Assembly: GCF_030028105.1 (NCBI RefSeq)
Contig: NC_092373.1
Coordinates: 45,427,451-45,488,900 of the forward strand
DNA: 61,450 nucleotides
From: Mobula birostris
Lineage: Eukaryota
Direction of reading: 5' to 3'
A model generated the notes under the pieces. The model was not told the DNA's origin. It was given only the letters and a program-made list of their open reading frames with translations, and made no database searches. Made by a program: the position numbers and the translations under genes. This document shows, piece by piece, positions 40,403-54,000 of the stretch. How positions within the stretch are numbered: position 1 is the first letter of the stretch; each line of letters begins with the position of its first letter.

Positions 40403-42169
40403 TTAATTTACAGTGCTGGAAATAAATTCTTGTTAAGGATATTTTGGGATGTTTCCTGACACCTTGATCATAAAATTTACAACTTTCTTGTTTCATAATT
40501 GGACAGAATTGAGTAGTAGGAGGGATCCTGAGATGAGGCTGTAGCTGTGAGGTTCCTTTTAATTGAATACTACAGTGAAGAGTAATCCTGACACAGAACC
40601 AATTGGTATAACTAGATTAATTCAAAAACACATTTATTGGATGTCTCAGTAGTAATGTGGATATAGTAATGCTTTACGTTCCACAGATGACTTATATTTT
40701 TGAGTGTCTCTTATAGGCAGTGAATCTGATATTTCATAATTATTTTCTGTATCTTTAGTCTGGAATTTTATAAGTCCAGAAAAAGATTGAGGAAATTGGG
40801 TAGAAAGTGTGATATATGCAATTACATTTCTGCTTTTTATGTCTATCAATTGCTGGCTTATTTAAGGCTCTGAGGTTCAAAGTGCAAAGTATATATACTA
40901 TATACAATCTTGAGATTCGTCTCCTTACAGGCAGCCACAAAACAAAGAAACTAATTTAAAATGGAAGACCGTCAAACACCCGAAGTATCAAAGACAAGAA
41001 CAAATTGTACAAGCAATAAAAAGTAAACAAATAACATTGAGAACTAAGGTGCATGAAAGTCAATTGAAAACAGGTGCAAAATTAAGCTCACTACTATTAA
41101 TAAAGTACAAAGCAATAATTTTAGGCCCTGGTATTGCAAGTAGTTAATAGATCTATTCTATTTTTTCATTTCTTTGATTATATTTTTGCGATGCATTTAA
41201 AAAGTAAGATATTTCTAATTTTGTGATCATAATATCACTTGCTGATGTGCATGAAGAAGGATTTAAACTTTATTTTTTATAATTGAGGAATATGCACCTG
41301 TTGTGATTTTTTTTTGGCACACATGTCAGATTGTGAATGCTAGTTTCTGCTTTACTTGCATCTTTGCATTCCTGATATGCTAATAATGTCAAGAAGCAAC
41401 TTAAGTATAAATATGTACATACTTAAAAACTGGATGCATGCCTACTGTAACTTTCCAATTAAGTACTGTAGCAAAGGTGGCAGGTTTTAAGATTTAGATT
41501 TTTTTTTATGTGAAAGTGACAAGTTTTTTTTTGTTTGACAGATTCATTAAACATTTTGGGAAGGCTGTATCAGACCATTTAGGCAGAAGACAGGTTGTTA
41601 ACTTCACCCCTTCCTTTAGCTTTCTCATTTGACCAGTTGATAAATGATGGACTTTCTAATGTTGATGGGCTTTTAGTGCACTGCCAAGTGGACATTCTTC
41701 AAGTCTCAATTATTAAGTGCTGTTGGCCATTTGATTGCTGAAATTGGTGTTGACCTGGTAGGGCACTGAAACCTGTGCCAACCAGATGGAGGGAGTGTTC
41801 AAGGACTTCAGTCTGTCACTGTAGCATTCAGAAGTTTCCAGCTGGTTCAAAAGGGCAACAATCATACCAGAGTCCAAGAAGAGCAGGGTGAGCTGCCTCA
41901 ATGACTATCACCCAGTTGCACTCACATCTATGGTGATGAAATGCTTAGAGTGGTTGGTCATTGCCAGAGTGAACTCCTGCTTAAGGAAGGACCTGGGCAT
42001 GTTGCATTTTGTCCATTGCCACAATAGGTGTACAGTGGATGCACTCTTACATAGAACATAGAATAGTACAGCACAGTACAGGCCCTTTAGCCCACATTGT
42101 TGTGTCGACCCTCAAACCCTGCCTCCCATATAATCCCCCACCTTAAATTCCTCCATATACCTGTCTAGT

Positions 42170-42482
42170 CAGAGGTAATCCGTTAGTCTCGCGAGACCAT
42201 GGATCTGCACCTGGAAAGTCTTCACTCTTTTGGGCGCAGCCCTGGGCAAGGTTGTATGGAAGACCAGCAGTTGCCCATACAGTAAGTCTCCCCTCTCCAC
42301 AACACCAATGTTTTCCAAGGGAAGGGCATTAGGACCCATACAGCTTGGCACCAGTGTCGTCGCAGAGTGCTGTGTGATTAAATGCCTTGCTCAAGGACAT
42401 AACACACTGCCTCGGCTGGGGCTCGAACTCACGACCTTCAGTTTGCTAGTCGAACGCCTTAACCACTTGGCCACGTGCCCAC
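42170..42482 (-). mobile_element. tRNA-derived SINE nested in CR1
   Basis: Reverse complement of the 21858-22167 family; 11-bp TSD ACCTGTCTAGT (42159-42169 and 42483-42493). Confidence 0.88.
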
Positions 42483-43345
42483 ACCTGTCTAGTAGTCTCT
42501 TAAATTTCACGAGTGTATCTGCCTCCATCACTGACTCAGGCAGTGTATTTGTATTCCACGCACCAACCACTTTCTGAGTAAAAAACCTTCTTCTAATATC
42601 CCCCTTGAACTTCCCACCCCTTACCTTAAAGCCATGTCCCCTTGTATTGAGCAGTGGTGCCCTGGGGAAGAAGTGCTGGCTATCCACTCTATCTATTCCT
42701 CTTAATATCTTGTATATCTCTATCATGTCTCCTCTCATCCTCCTTCTCTCCAAAGAAGCCCTAGCTCCCTTAATCTCTGATCATAATTCATACTCTCTAA
42801 ACCAGGCAGCGTCCTGGTAAATCTCCTCTGTACCCTTTCCAGTGCTTCCACATCCTTCCTGTAGTGAGGTGACCGGAACTGGACACAGTACTCTAAGTGT
42901 GGCCTAACCAGAGTTTTATAGAGCTGCATCATTACCTCGTGACTCTTAAATTCTATCCCTCGACTTATGAAAGCTAACACCCCATAAGCGTTCTTAACTA
43001 CCCTATCTATCTGTGAGGCAACTTTCAGGGATCTGTGGACATGTACCCTCAGATCCCTCTGCTCCTCCACACTACCAAGTATCCTGCCATTTACTTTGTA
43101 CTCTGCCTTGGAGTTTGTCCTTCCAAAGTGTACCACCTCACACTTCTCCAGGTTGAACTCCATCTGCCACTTCTCAGCCCACTTCTGCAACCTATCAATG
43201 TCTCTCTGCAACCTTCAACAATCCTCTGCACACTAACTACAACACCACCAACCTTTGTGTCATCTGCAAACTTGCCAACCCACCCTTCTACCCCCACATC
43301 CAGGTTGTTAATAAAAATCATGAAAAGTAGAGGTCCCAGAACCCA

Positions 43346-43526
43346 TCGACTGCACCTCTTCCTAGAGATGCTGCCTGGCCTGCTGCGTTCACCAGCAACT
43401 TTTATGTACAATTATAAAGGAATAGGTCACCCACTAGAAAGGACAAAAGATTTGATTCCAAACTATATTATTGCAAATATAGATAGATAGATATGTTTAA
43501 GAGAATAAATACCTGTTTTCAATATG
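43346..43526. repeat. Inverted 181-bp duplicate of 57793-57973 inserted in CR1 RT
   Basis: Base-by-base reverse-complement match with 2 mismatches; interrupts the VTSGVPQGSVLGP coding sequence. Confidence 0.95.
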
Positions 43527-46099
43527 AGACACCACTAGTCACAAGCCTCCAATCCGAATGTACTCCCTCCACCACCACCCTCTGCCTTCTATAGGCAAGC
43601 CAATTTTGAATCCACCTGGCCAAACTTCCCTGGATCCCATGCCTTCTGACTTTCTGAATAAGCCTACCGTGTGGAGCCTTGTCAAATGCAAAGGCTTACT
43701 GGCTTTCCATGCAGCCTTGGATCACCTGGATAATAGAGATACCTACTTCAGACTGCTGTTTATTGATCACAGCTCAGTATTCAACACCCTCCTACCCCCA
43801 GTACCAATCAACAAGCTCCAAAACCTGGGCCTCTGTACCTCCCTCTGCAACCGAATCCTTGACTTCCTCAGCGGTAGACCATAGTCATTGCAAATTAGAA
43901 ATAGCTTCTCCTCATTGACAATCAACATCCATAGTCCTCTGCTTTACACTCTCTTCACCCAGGACTGTGTTACTAGGCACAGCTTGAATGCCATCTCTAA
44001 ATTTCCCAATGAAACAACTATTGTTGGCAGAATTTCAGATGCAGAAGTGAGATCAGCTGGTTGAGTGGTATCACAATAAGAAGCTTGCACTCAACATTAG
44101 GGAAATGATTATTGTCTTCAGAAAATGGAAGCCGATGGAACATACATCAGTCCTCATTGACGATCAGCGGTGGAAAGGGAGAGCAGTTTCAAGTTGCTGG
44201 GTGTCAAAATCTCTGAGAATTTATCCTGAGACCAACATAATGATGCAAAGAAGGCACGACAGCAGCTACATTTCATTAGTGGTTTGAGGAGACTTGTAGA
44301 GATATATTGTGGAGAGCATTCTAACTGGTTGCATCACTGTTTTGTACAGAGGGGTGACTGCACAGGATTGGAAAAAGCTTCAGAAAGTTGCAAGCTCAGC
44401 CGGCTCCATCATGGGCACTACCTCTGCGGTGTCAAGGACACTTTTAAAAGGCGATGCCTCAGAAAGGTGGCATCTATCATTAAAGACTCCCATCACTCAG
44501 GACATGCCTTCTTCTCGTTCTCATCAAAGAGGAGGGTCAGATGCTTGAAGACACAAACTCAACATTTTAGGATCAGTTTCTTACCCTTCTCCATCAGATT
44601 TCTGAATGGACAATACAATACATGTATACTACACTATTTCCCCTTTTTGCTCTCTTTTTGTAGTACTTATTTGACTTTTTAATATACATTTCTTACTGTA
44701 ATTTGCTTTTTATTATTACGTATTGCAATGTACTGCTGCCGCAAAACAACAAATTTTCGACATATGCCAGTAATATTAAACCTGATTCTGATTACAGCAG
44801 CAGAGTACACTGAATGGCAATCATGATCATGTATGGCATTCTTGCCTTTATTAATTGAGGCATTGGGTTTAAGAACAAAAGTTTTGTTGCATCTTTATAA
44901 AACTCTGGTTAGGCTGCAGGGGTATTTCATTCAATTCTGGATGTCTGAGACCTCCTGATGTCGAGGCTTTGGAGAGGGTGTAGGAGAGGTTTACCTGGAC
45001 TTTGCTAGAGGGCATGTTATGTAAGCAGAGGTTAGACCAACTGTGATTGTCCTCTTTTTCTCTTCTTCCCCAACCCTGACCTATAGAAATGTGCAGCCTG
45101 GAAATGGCAAAAACATTAATTTGACAGCACCTTGCACAATACAATGGGATTTAATTTGGGTAGTGGGAGGAATTTGATAGGGATTTCTACCGTGTATTGG
45201 GATCATGTAGATTGTAGCTTAATGCTCCAGCCACATAGGAGAGAAATAAACTGACACCCAGCTACATTAGGAACCTTGGCTTTGCTGGTTTATCACTATC
45301 AGTTTTTGAAAGTGATTGTATTAAGAAAAGCACTTGAAAGACTAAATGCAAGGTAACTTTTTTAAAACGAAAGGTCCAAAGTAAGTGATAGTTATTTGCA
45401 TCAAAATCAAGAGGGGAAATGGTTATTTTGCTTAGATTTTAATGCCAAGCTTGTTGTACACGTTCAAGGCAAAGTTCTCAAAGCGCCTCTCCCATACTGA
45501 GCTCCATGTTGACATTTTCCTGACAAATCCAGGCCAGTGTTCCAGGTCACTGAACTTTTATCAGACTATTTCATTTGGCACCTGCTTTGATTCTATAACC
45601 AATTGAAGTGAGGTTTCCTAGGAAAGAAGTTGCAGTCTGCTTTGTGCAAATTGGTCAGTTCTAGTTTGCAAATTAATTCAGCTATGATTAAATTATTTAT
45701 TCATATAAAATAAACTACCAAGCTCTAGAACAGCCATGAAACATTCCTCCAGTAATTCTGAGAAAACTTGTGTAAAATATTTTCAATTTGTCTTAGAAAG
45801 CATTGTCAAATGTGGGGAAATCATTATCTTAATTTTCATTTCAGTTTTATGTTCAATTATGAGCCGATATTGAATGAGTTGTGTTACTATTTAAAAAGAG
45901 AAAATTGAGATTGACATTGAATTTTTCCACAAGTTATTTTATTTGTGGAAAAAAGTGGTTTTGTAGAACTGTATGGAAAACACTGCTGTATTAATGTGAA
46001 AATGTCTAATGACATTGAATTCTGACAACTTTTGTTGTACCAATCCACAGATTTTGTTCCATCTCATTGTTTTCAGTCATTGATATTCACAGTGGCATT

Positions 46100-47650
46100 T
46101 CTGAGCTTAAGAGGAAGATTGTCAAAGAATACAGGATAAAAATCAGTTGCAAATTTGGGTGAAGAAACAACAGATGAAGTTTAATCTGGAGAAGTGTAAA
46201 TTGTTCCATTTAGGGAGATCAAAAGCAAGAAGAAAGTATGCGATAAATGGCAGGACCTTAGGAACATTGTGCAGAGTGTTGGATGTTGGGATGAAGTGCC
46301 AATGCGAGTGTGGCAAAGCCTTGCATGCTTGTTTTTATCAGGGCATTAAGAATAAAGTTGGGATTCATTTTGTAGTTGTATAAAACTTCAGTTAAATCAT
46401 ATTTGGACAATTGTGTGCAGTTCTGGTTGGTACACTATTGGACAGATGTGGCTATGGAGAAATTGAACCCGTTTTGCACTAGGATATTGCCATGATTTGA
46501 GTGTATTAGCGAAATGGAGAAATTTTCTAAATGTAAATAGTTTTCTCTGGAGTGTTGAACACCGGAGGATAAACTGATGGAAATGTATAATGTGAGGCAG
46601 ACATAGGAAAGATCATTAGAGTCTAGTTTCAAATACTAAAGAGTATGTGTTTAGGCAAGAAGGGGCAAATTTAAAGGAGACATATAAGGTAAAAATGTTG
46701 TACAACATTAAGTGCCTGGTTCTTGTAGTTTCATATGCAGCATCTTGTTAAAGGCCTTCTGAAAATCCAAGTATACAACATCCACCAATACTCCTTTGTC
46801 TATCCCCCTTGTTATTTCCTCAGAGAATTCTAACAGCTTTGTCAGGCAAGATCTTCCTTGAGGAAACCATGCTGACTTTGGCCTATTTTACCATGTGCCT
46901 CCAAGTACCCTGACACCATATCCTTAACAATCACTCCAACCACTAATGTCAAGCTAATTAGCCTATAATTTCCTTTTTTTCTGCCTTCATCCCTTGAAGA
47001 GTGGAGTGACATTTGCAATTTTCCAGTTCATTGGAATCATTCCAGAATTGGGTGATTTTTGAAAGATCATTACTAATGCCTTGATAATCTCTTCAGCTAC
47101 TTCTTTCAGAACCCTAGGGTGTAGTCCATCTGGTCTTGGTGACTTATCTACCTTCAGACCTTTCAGCTTCCCAAGCACATTCACCCTAATAATGGCAACT
47201 GTACTCACTTCTGTCCCCTGACACTCTCTAACTTCCAGCATACTGCTGGTGTCTCCCACAGTGAATATTGATGCAAAATAATTATCTAGTTTGTCCATCA
47301 TTTCCTTGTCCCCGTTATAATCTCTGTAGCATCATTTTCCAGCATTCTTATATCTACTTTCAAGTCTTGGTCCGGAATGTTGACCGTCCTCTTTTCCATA
47401 GATGCTGCCTGGCCTGCTGAGTTCCTCCAGCATTTTGTGTGTGTTGCGTGGACTTCCAGCATCTGCAGATTTTTCCCTTGTTAGTGGTTGATCTACTCTC
47501 GCCTCTGTTTTACTCTTTATATATCTGAAAAGTATTTGGTATCCTCTTTGATATTGATGGTGTTTCTCTTCTTATTTCATCTCTCCCCCCCCCCCCCCCA
47601 CTGGGATCCTTTAGTTACCTTCTGTTCATTTTTTTAGTGGTTTTCCAATC
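46100..47650. mobile_element. Decayed CR1 fragments (+ about 46100-46710; - about 46725-47650) with a Penelope pLTR piece at about 47360-47480
   Basis: MKFNLEKCK peptide on +; KSPRPDGLHPRVLKE...ANVTPLFK on minus. Confidence 0.7.
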
Positions 47651-50301
47651 CTGAAAAAGCTATCATTCTTCACCTGCAGAGTGCTTTAGTAAAGAACAGT
47701 GTGAAAATATAAGTACTTTCAATAAGCCAAAATGTAATAAAGTTTTGCCATCCCTCCTCTAGTTACCTCATTCTTTTGATTAGTTTTCTTTAACATTGAA
47801 GAAACTGACTTCTCCTTTCACCCTGAAGAAGGGTCTCAGCCCAAGCTGTCTGCTGTTTATTCATTTCCATAGATGCTGCCTGACCTGTTGTGTTCCTCCA
47901 GCATTTTGTGTGTGTTACTGTCTTTTAACCACCCCTTTTTCTAGCTTTTTCCTCTCAAATCATTTTTTTCCTTGTTTTCCTAGAGAGCCTGGGAAAACGT
48001 GTGCGCATGGTTTTACTTTAGTGAGGTGCCCAAATATGACATGGTGGCATATTGATGTATGCCATTCATGTATTTTTCCATTTAACCCATAGTGAATATA
48101 ACCCTTAAAGAATGCTGAATCAAACAATATGTTCACAATATTACTCAAGTATTATTGAAGCATTAAATACACGTCACTCCTATATATACACATACACACA
48201 ATGTATCTATGTACAAACTTGTACAAGAACAAGGTCATCTCAGCACTGGTAAAGAAAAAAAATGAGGGAACTGGAATTTCTTCTGCACATTCCAGTCATT
48301 TTGGTTTGCTATGCATTTTGGTTGGATCATCTCTGCCATAACAGGACTTTTGATTTGCATTAGGGAGAATATGTCAAGAGGAGTGTCCTCTTAATTTTTT
48401 TTCAGGTATTTCCTTTTCCAACGGTAAACAGACAATCTATCATCATTTCCATGATTAGCTGTCCACTTGAATTTCATCTCGTAATTGTGCCCTCCAAGAA
48501 CCACAGCCCACATCTGCATTCATGAAGCTACTGTTAGTGGAAGCCCCTTCTGTGGATTGAAAATGGATACTAGTGGTTGATAATCAGTAATGAGAGCAAA
48601 ATCTCTCCCATGTAAGGACACCCTAAACCAGACTTGAAGCCTTTCTGTCAATGTGTGCATACTTTTTCTCTGCAGTGGTAAGGGAACATGATGCAAAGGC
48701 TATTGGGTGTTCACTTCCATCACTCATAACATGTGACATGACTGTGAGGCATCACAGGGAAAGTTCACAGAATGTGTGAGCACAGTGTCTGACAAAACCA
48801 TTTCCTTTACCATTCTGGAAAGCCACCTCACACTGCTTTGTCCATTGCCATATTTTCCTGTAGTAATGAGTTCAATGGGTGCAATAGCCAGGTTTGGCAA
48901 GAATTTGTTAGAGTAATTGACAAATTTTAAAATGGACTACAGCTGTGACATGCCGTTTTGGCCTTGGGGCATCCATCGCTACTTGAATTTTCTCAGAACA
49001 CTTGTGTAATGCTTGTGCATAAATGGTGTAACCACAGTAAGTGAGGCATTGTTTAAGGAAATTACACTTGTTGCATCCTGCTCTGAGCCCATAATCTTAT
49101 AATCTTTTTAACTCTGTCTTGAGATTTTGGAGATGCTCTTTGTCACCTTCACCAGTAACAATTATGTCATCCAGGTAACACAGAGTGTCTAGGCAACCTT
49201 GTAGTATCTGGTCCATAGCTTTTTACCAGAATGCAGGTGCAGATGCTACTCCAAAAATAAGCCTATTATAGCAATAAAGTGCTTTGAGTGTTTATGGTGA
49301 GAAATACTTTGGACTCTTCCAACTCCATCTGTAATTAGGCCTCACCTAAGTCCATTTTTTTCTCTTCAGTATAATTTCTTAGTCGGATATCTGCAGGCTT
49401 CAGTTCGGAATCTTTGAAATGCCTTTCAAAGTCATTTTGTAAAATGACTGAAACAGCTGAGCCAGAGTCCAATTTCATTCTAATTAATTTGCTGTTAACT
49501 TCTGGCATAAGCCATATTGCTTATCTGTTGTGTTTTCACATTTTAAATTTCAATGCTATGCAGTCCTGTGTCACACTCAGTACTAACAGATTTTTAATCG
49601 ACAGCATATAGATTAGTGTTCTTTTTGAAACTTCAATTTTACTTTAGTAATTCATTTTTTTAATCTTTTTCTCTTCCTTGTGTAATCCATTAATTTTTGT
49701 CTGCTTGACATGCTCTTTGTATGTTGCGTTTTCTGCAAGTTTCACCTTTATATCTGCATTGGTCTGGCATATGCATCACGATGGTAACACTTCGTTTGGC
49801 CAGGCAGATTTCTGTTTTGAAGTTGCAATTTTGTTAATCTTTTGTTCTTTCATTCACTTAATTTTTTTGTTCACTTTCGCTCACAAAAATATTCTGTTCA
49901 CTTTCATTCTTATCTGCACCTCTGGCTGCTGTTTCCATGGATACACCCATTTCAGTTTTTAAATGTGAGATGTTAGAAAACGTTATTGAATATTTAATTT
50001 GTGGAATCTTGTAAGAAAGCAATCTCTCAGTGCATCACTAAGCCCACCACTGAACTGATAGTGCTTAGACAAGCTCTTCAATTTGATCGTGTACGCTGAA
50101 ATAGACTCCCTGTCCTTTTGATTCCATTTATGAAACCAAAAGCTTTCTGCAGTCAATATTTATTTCAGTTTTAAATGTTCCTGCCAAACTCAGTTCAGGT
50201 GGTTTGGTTGGAGCAGTCAAACTTTTAAGCAAATTGTATCCTCTTTCACCTATTGCACTCAGTAGCACTGACACTTGTTTTTTGTTTGTTATTTTCATTT
50301 G

Positions 50302-50560
50302 ATGCGGCTGGTGGCATAGTGGCATCAGTGTCGGACTTCGGGACGGAAGGTCCTGAGTTTGAATCCAGCTGGCTCCCCTGCACACTTTCCATTTGTGCTG
50401 GGTTACGAGCTGGTGATCTCTTTGGAAACTCACCCGGCAGAAGGCAATGGCAAACCACTGCTGTAACTTGCCTCGCATGCGGTTCCCCACTACGTCAGAG
50501 AGGCGTGGAGGGAAATCGTCTGCTAACCGGAGAAACTCTGGATGCGACGTACCTTTCCTG
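50302..50560 (+). mobile_element. tRNA-derived SINE nested in Gypsy gag
   Basis: TGGCATAGTGG A box and GAGTTTGAATCC B box; 12-bp TSD TATTTTCATTTG; related copy at about 58455-58640. Confidence 0.85.
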
Positions 50561-50858
50561 TATTTTCATTTGCTTCAAAATACTGCTCAATTTGTTCACT
50601 ATGAACCACCTAGTTATCTTTTGTGCAATGGAATGTGTATGTCTTTCTGATGTAGATAGCCATTTCTGCTTTTATAAAATTTATTATTATCACCAGGTAC
50701 TCACTGTTGAACTTTGTTCATTTTCTACCTTTTTTAAAAAAAAACTCTATCTTTCTCCCCTTCCAAAGAGAAAAAAAAACGTGCTGCGCTTTTTAAAAAT
50801 CTGTAATGTCTTTCTCTCCACTCGCGAAGAAAAAGAAGTGCTTTACTTCAATAGGTAG

Positions 50859-51693
50859 TGTTACGTACCCCATAACTGGGTTGCCAAACCAGCAGATATG
50901 GAACGCTCGTTGGAGTCTGTGATTACTAGGAATTAATAAAGTTTTATTAAAGACATAAGTAATACGGTACACTAATCATAAGGATATAAATGTAACAGGT
51001 TAGCAATGATAATACACACGTATACCCAGAACTAGGGTAGTAGGAATCAACCAAGCTCTATCGCAGTCTAGGGGTAAAATGATCAGTCTTAAGTGAAGCA
51101 GAGTTCAATTCAGTTTAGTGCAGTTCGAAGTAATCGCTGTTGTTGTACTGTTGGAGAGAGAGAGTGGGAGATGCAATTGGTTTCAGGCAGACCTTTTGAT
51201 GTCTTCGCAGTTGGTTTCGGGCAGACCTTTTGATGTCTTCTTATCCCGCTGTGGTCACCGACTGTGACCCCTCCGTTCTGGATACGATCGTTCTTCCGCA
51301 GTGAACCCGGCACCCAGGCAAGGGCGGACACACACCCCAGGTTCCCATTGATCGTACCTTTACACCCTGTGAGCCTCTGGTTGGTTCCTGTGAACCAGTC
51401 CTCCAAACTCCCACCACTTGTGGGGGCACACTGCTCCTTCCAGGGTCTCGTGGTGTGTCCCGTGCCTTAGCAAACCTGCTTTTTTTATTCCCCTGCTGGG
51501 GTATCACCTGTCCATCAAACTTCAAACAGTTCAGGTTCAAAGCAACCGGTCTGTCAATATCTGAATTGTGTTTCTTTCCCGTTAATCCCTCTCTTCTCTC
51601 TTATTAGCATTTTGAATGTTTCTCCATTGTCTTTCGTTATCTCTCTCAGTAGCATCATCTGTCCGGTAGCTCTGCTTGGCGTCACACATGACA
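50859..51693. mobile_element. Solo LTR (835 bp) nested in the Gypsy 5' leader
   Basis: TGTTACGT...ACATGACA termini; 4-bp TSD GTAG; CpG-retaining interior; AATAAA on both strands near 50935-50948. Confidence 0.8.
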
Positions 51694-52245
51694 GTAGATA
51701 GTTGTGTTGGGTTCATTTTAAAATTTACTTGTCGCCACCATTATGCTTTGTAATTCCAGAAACTTTTCAAAAGAAAAACTTGGAAGCCTGGCAGGACATG
51801 TAGGCTTAGTTTTACTTGCCTGAGGTGCTCAAATATGAAGTGGTGGCATAATGACATATGCCAGTCATGTATGTTTACATTTATTCTGTACTGAATTGTG
51901 AAAACAGCAAAGAATAATTAATCAAACAATATATTCACAATATTACTCATATTACTGAATTAATAAATACATAACATTCCTGTTTTTCTGTTGCTCTTTA
52001 TTTTTGTATAGGAAATTCACCAGTTTGCATGAGTATGACTTGGTAACTAAAGAAATCACATTGAATACAAAATTACTGTCTAAAGGACCAGTTTTAACTT
52101 CTGATTTACTTGAAACAATTACGCTTTACCATCCAAATATTGTAATTGTGCTCATTCAAACAGTAGATGAGCCACACCAGTGTGTATAATTTGATGCTGC
52201 TAAATGTAGATTACTGTTGCAAGAAAAAGTAATGCGTGTATTGAA

Positions 52246-53935
52246 AACGCAAACATGAGGAAATCTGCAGATGCTGGAATTTCAAGCAACATGCATAAAA
52301 GTTGCTGGTGAGCACAGCAGGCCAGGCAGCATCTATAGGAAGAGGTACAGTCGACGTTTCGTGCTGAGACTCTTCATCAGGACTAACTGAAGAAAGAGCT
52401 AGTAAGAGATTTGAGAGGGGGAGGGGGAGATCCAAAATGATAGGAGAAGACAGGAGGGGGAGGGATGGAGCTAAGAGCTGGACAGTTGATTGGCAAAAGG
52501 GATATGAGAGGATCACGGGACGGGAGGCCTAGGGAGAAAGAAAGGGGGAGGCGGGAAGCCCAGAGGATGGGCAATAACAGATGGGGTACGAGGGGGATGT
52601 GGGGCATTAACAGAAGTTAGAGAAGTCAATGTTCATGCCATCAGGTTGGAGGCTACCCAGACAGAATATAAGGTGTTGTTCCTCCAACCTGAGTGTGGCT
52701 TCATCTTTATAGTAGAGGAGGCCATGTCTACTATAAGTCTACGGACTCTCACAGCTATCTGGACTATTCCTCTTCTCGCCCTGTCTCTTGCAGAAATGCC
52801 ATCCCCTTCTCGCAATTCCTCTGTCTCCGCTGCATCTGCTCTCAGGATGAGGCTTTTCATTCCAGGATGAAGGAGATGTCCTCCTTTTTTTTTAAAGAAA
52901 GGGGCTTCCCTTCCTCCACCATCAACTCTGCTCTCAAACGCATGTCTCCCATTTCACGCACATCTGCTCTCACCCCATCCTCCCACCACCCCACTAGGAA
53001 TAGGGTTCCCCTTGTCCTCACCTATCACCCCACCAGCCTCCGGGTCCAACATATAATTCTCTCTAACTTCCGCTACCTCCAACTGGATCCCACCACTAAA
53101 CATCTTTCGCTCCCCCCTCGCTTTCCGCAGGGATCACTCCCTACACAACTCCCTTGTCCATTCATCCTCCCCATCCCTCCCCACCGATCTCCCTCCCGGC
53201 ACTTATTATTGTAAACGGAACAAGTGCTACACATGCCCTTACACTTCCTCCCTCACTACCATTCAGGGCCCCAGACAGTCCTTCCAGGTGAGGCGACACT
53301 TCACCTGTGAGTCGGCTGGGGTGATATACGCGTCTGGTGCTCCCGATGCGGCCTTCTATATATTGGTGAGGCCCGACACAGACTGGGAGATTGTTTCGCT
53401 GAACACCTATGCTCTGTCTGCCAGAGAAAGCAGGATCTCCCAGTGGCCACACATTTTAATTCCACGTCCCATTCCCACTCTGATATGTCTATCCACGGCC
53501 TCCTGTACTGTAAAGATGAAGCCACATTCAGGTTGGAGGAACAACATCTTATATCCCGTCTGGGTAGCCTCCAACCTGATGGCATGAACATTGACTTCTC
53601 TAACTTCTGTTAATGCCCCACATCCCCCTCGTACCCCATCTGTTATTGCCCATCCTCTGGGCTCCCCCTCCCCCTTTCTTTCTCCCTAGGCCTCTCGTCC
53701 CATGATCCTCTCATATCTTTTTTGCCAATCAACTGTCCAGCTCTTGGCTCCATCCCTCCCCCTCCTGTCTTATCCTATCATTTTGGATCTCCCCCTCCCC
53801 CTCCCACTTTCAAATCTCTTACTAACTCGTCTTTCAGTTAGTCCTGACGAAGGATCTCAGCCCGAAACATCGACTGTACCTCTTCCTATAGATGCTGCCT
53901 GGCCTGCTGTGTTCACCAGCAACCTTTATGTGTGT
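52246..53935. mobile_element. Penelope-like element, 5'-truncated with inversion; RT C-terminus and GIY-YIG endonuclease on +
   Basis: YYKSTDSHSYLDYSSSRP...ERGFPSSTI and HFTCESAGVIY...YIGE...HFNS peptides (52724-53613); left arm 52246-52726 is the reverse complement of about 53494-53938 plus tail; TSD TGCRTGTATTGAA (52233-52245 and 53936-53948). Confidence 0.92.
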
Positions 53936-54000
53936 TGCATGTATTGAATGCCATTGTTCAGTTTGTAATCTAAAACTCTTTCTTTAAACTGTCGTTTCAG

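Larger units (their letters stand above)
42051..43690 (-). mobile_element. CR1 3' half nested in Rex1
   Basis: KFADDTK, RPHLEYCVQF and FFTQKVV peptides on minus; (CTATGTT)n tail at 42051-42065; possible CTTAC TSD. Confidence 0.9.
41725..44792 (+). mobile_element. Rex1-type LINE relic, split by a CR1 insertion
   Basis: CLNDYHPVALTS DNA before 42050; resumes at about 43700 ([24 protein letters not shown]); AAACCTGATTCTGATT tail. Confidence 0.82.
47985..51976 (-). mobile_element. Degenerate Gypsy/Ty3 LTR retrotransposon
   Basis: Diverged direct repeats at about 47985-48172 and 51740-51976 (TG start on minus at 51976); PBS-like TGGCGACAAG at about 51728-51737; minus-strand YNRLIFGVASAPA...CYLDDIIVTG (about 49150-49290), RNase H remnants (about 48600-48780) and gag remnants (about 50010-50290). 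Confidence 0.82.
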
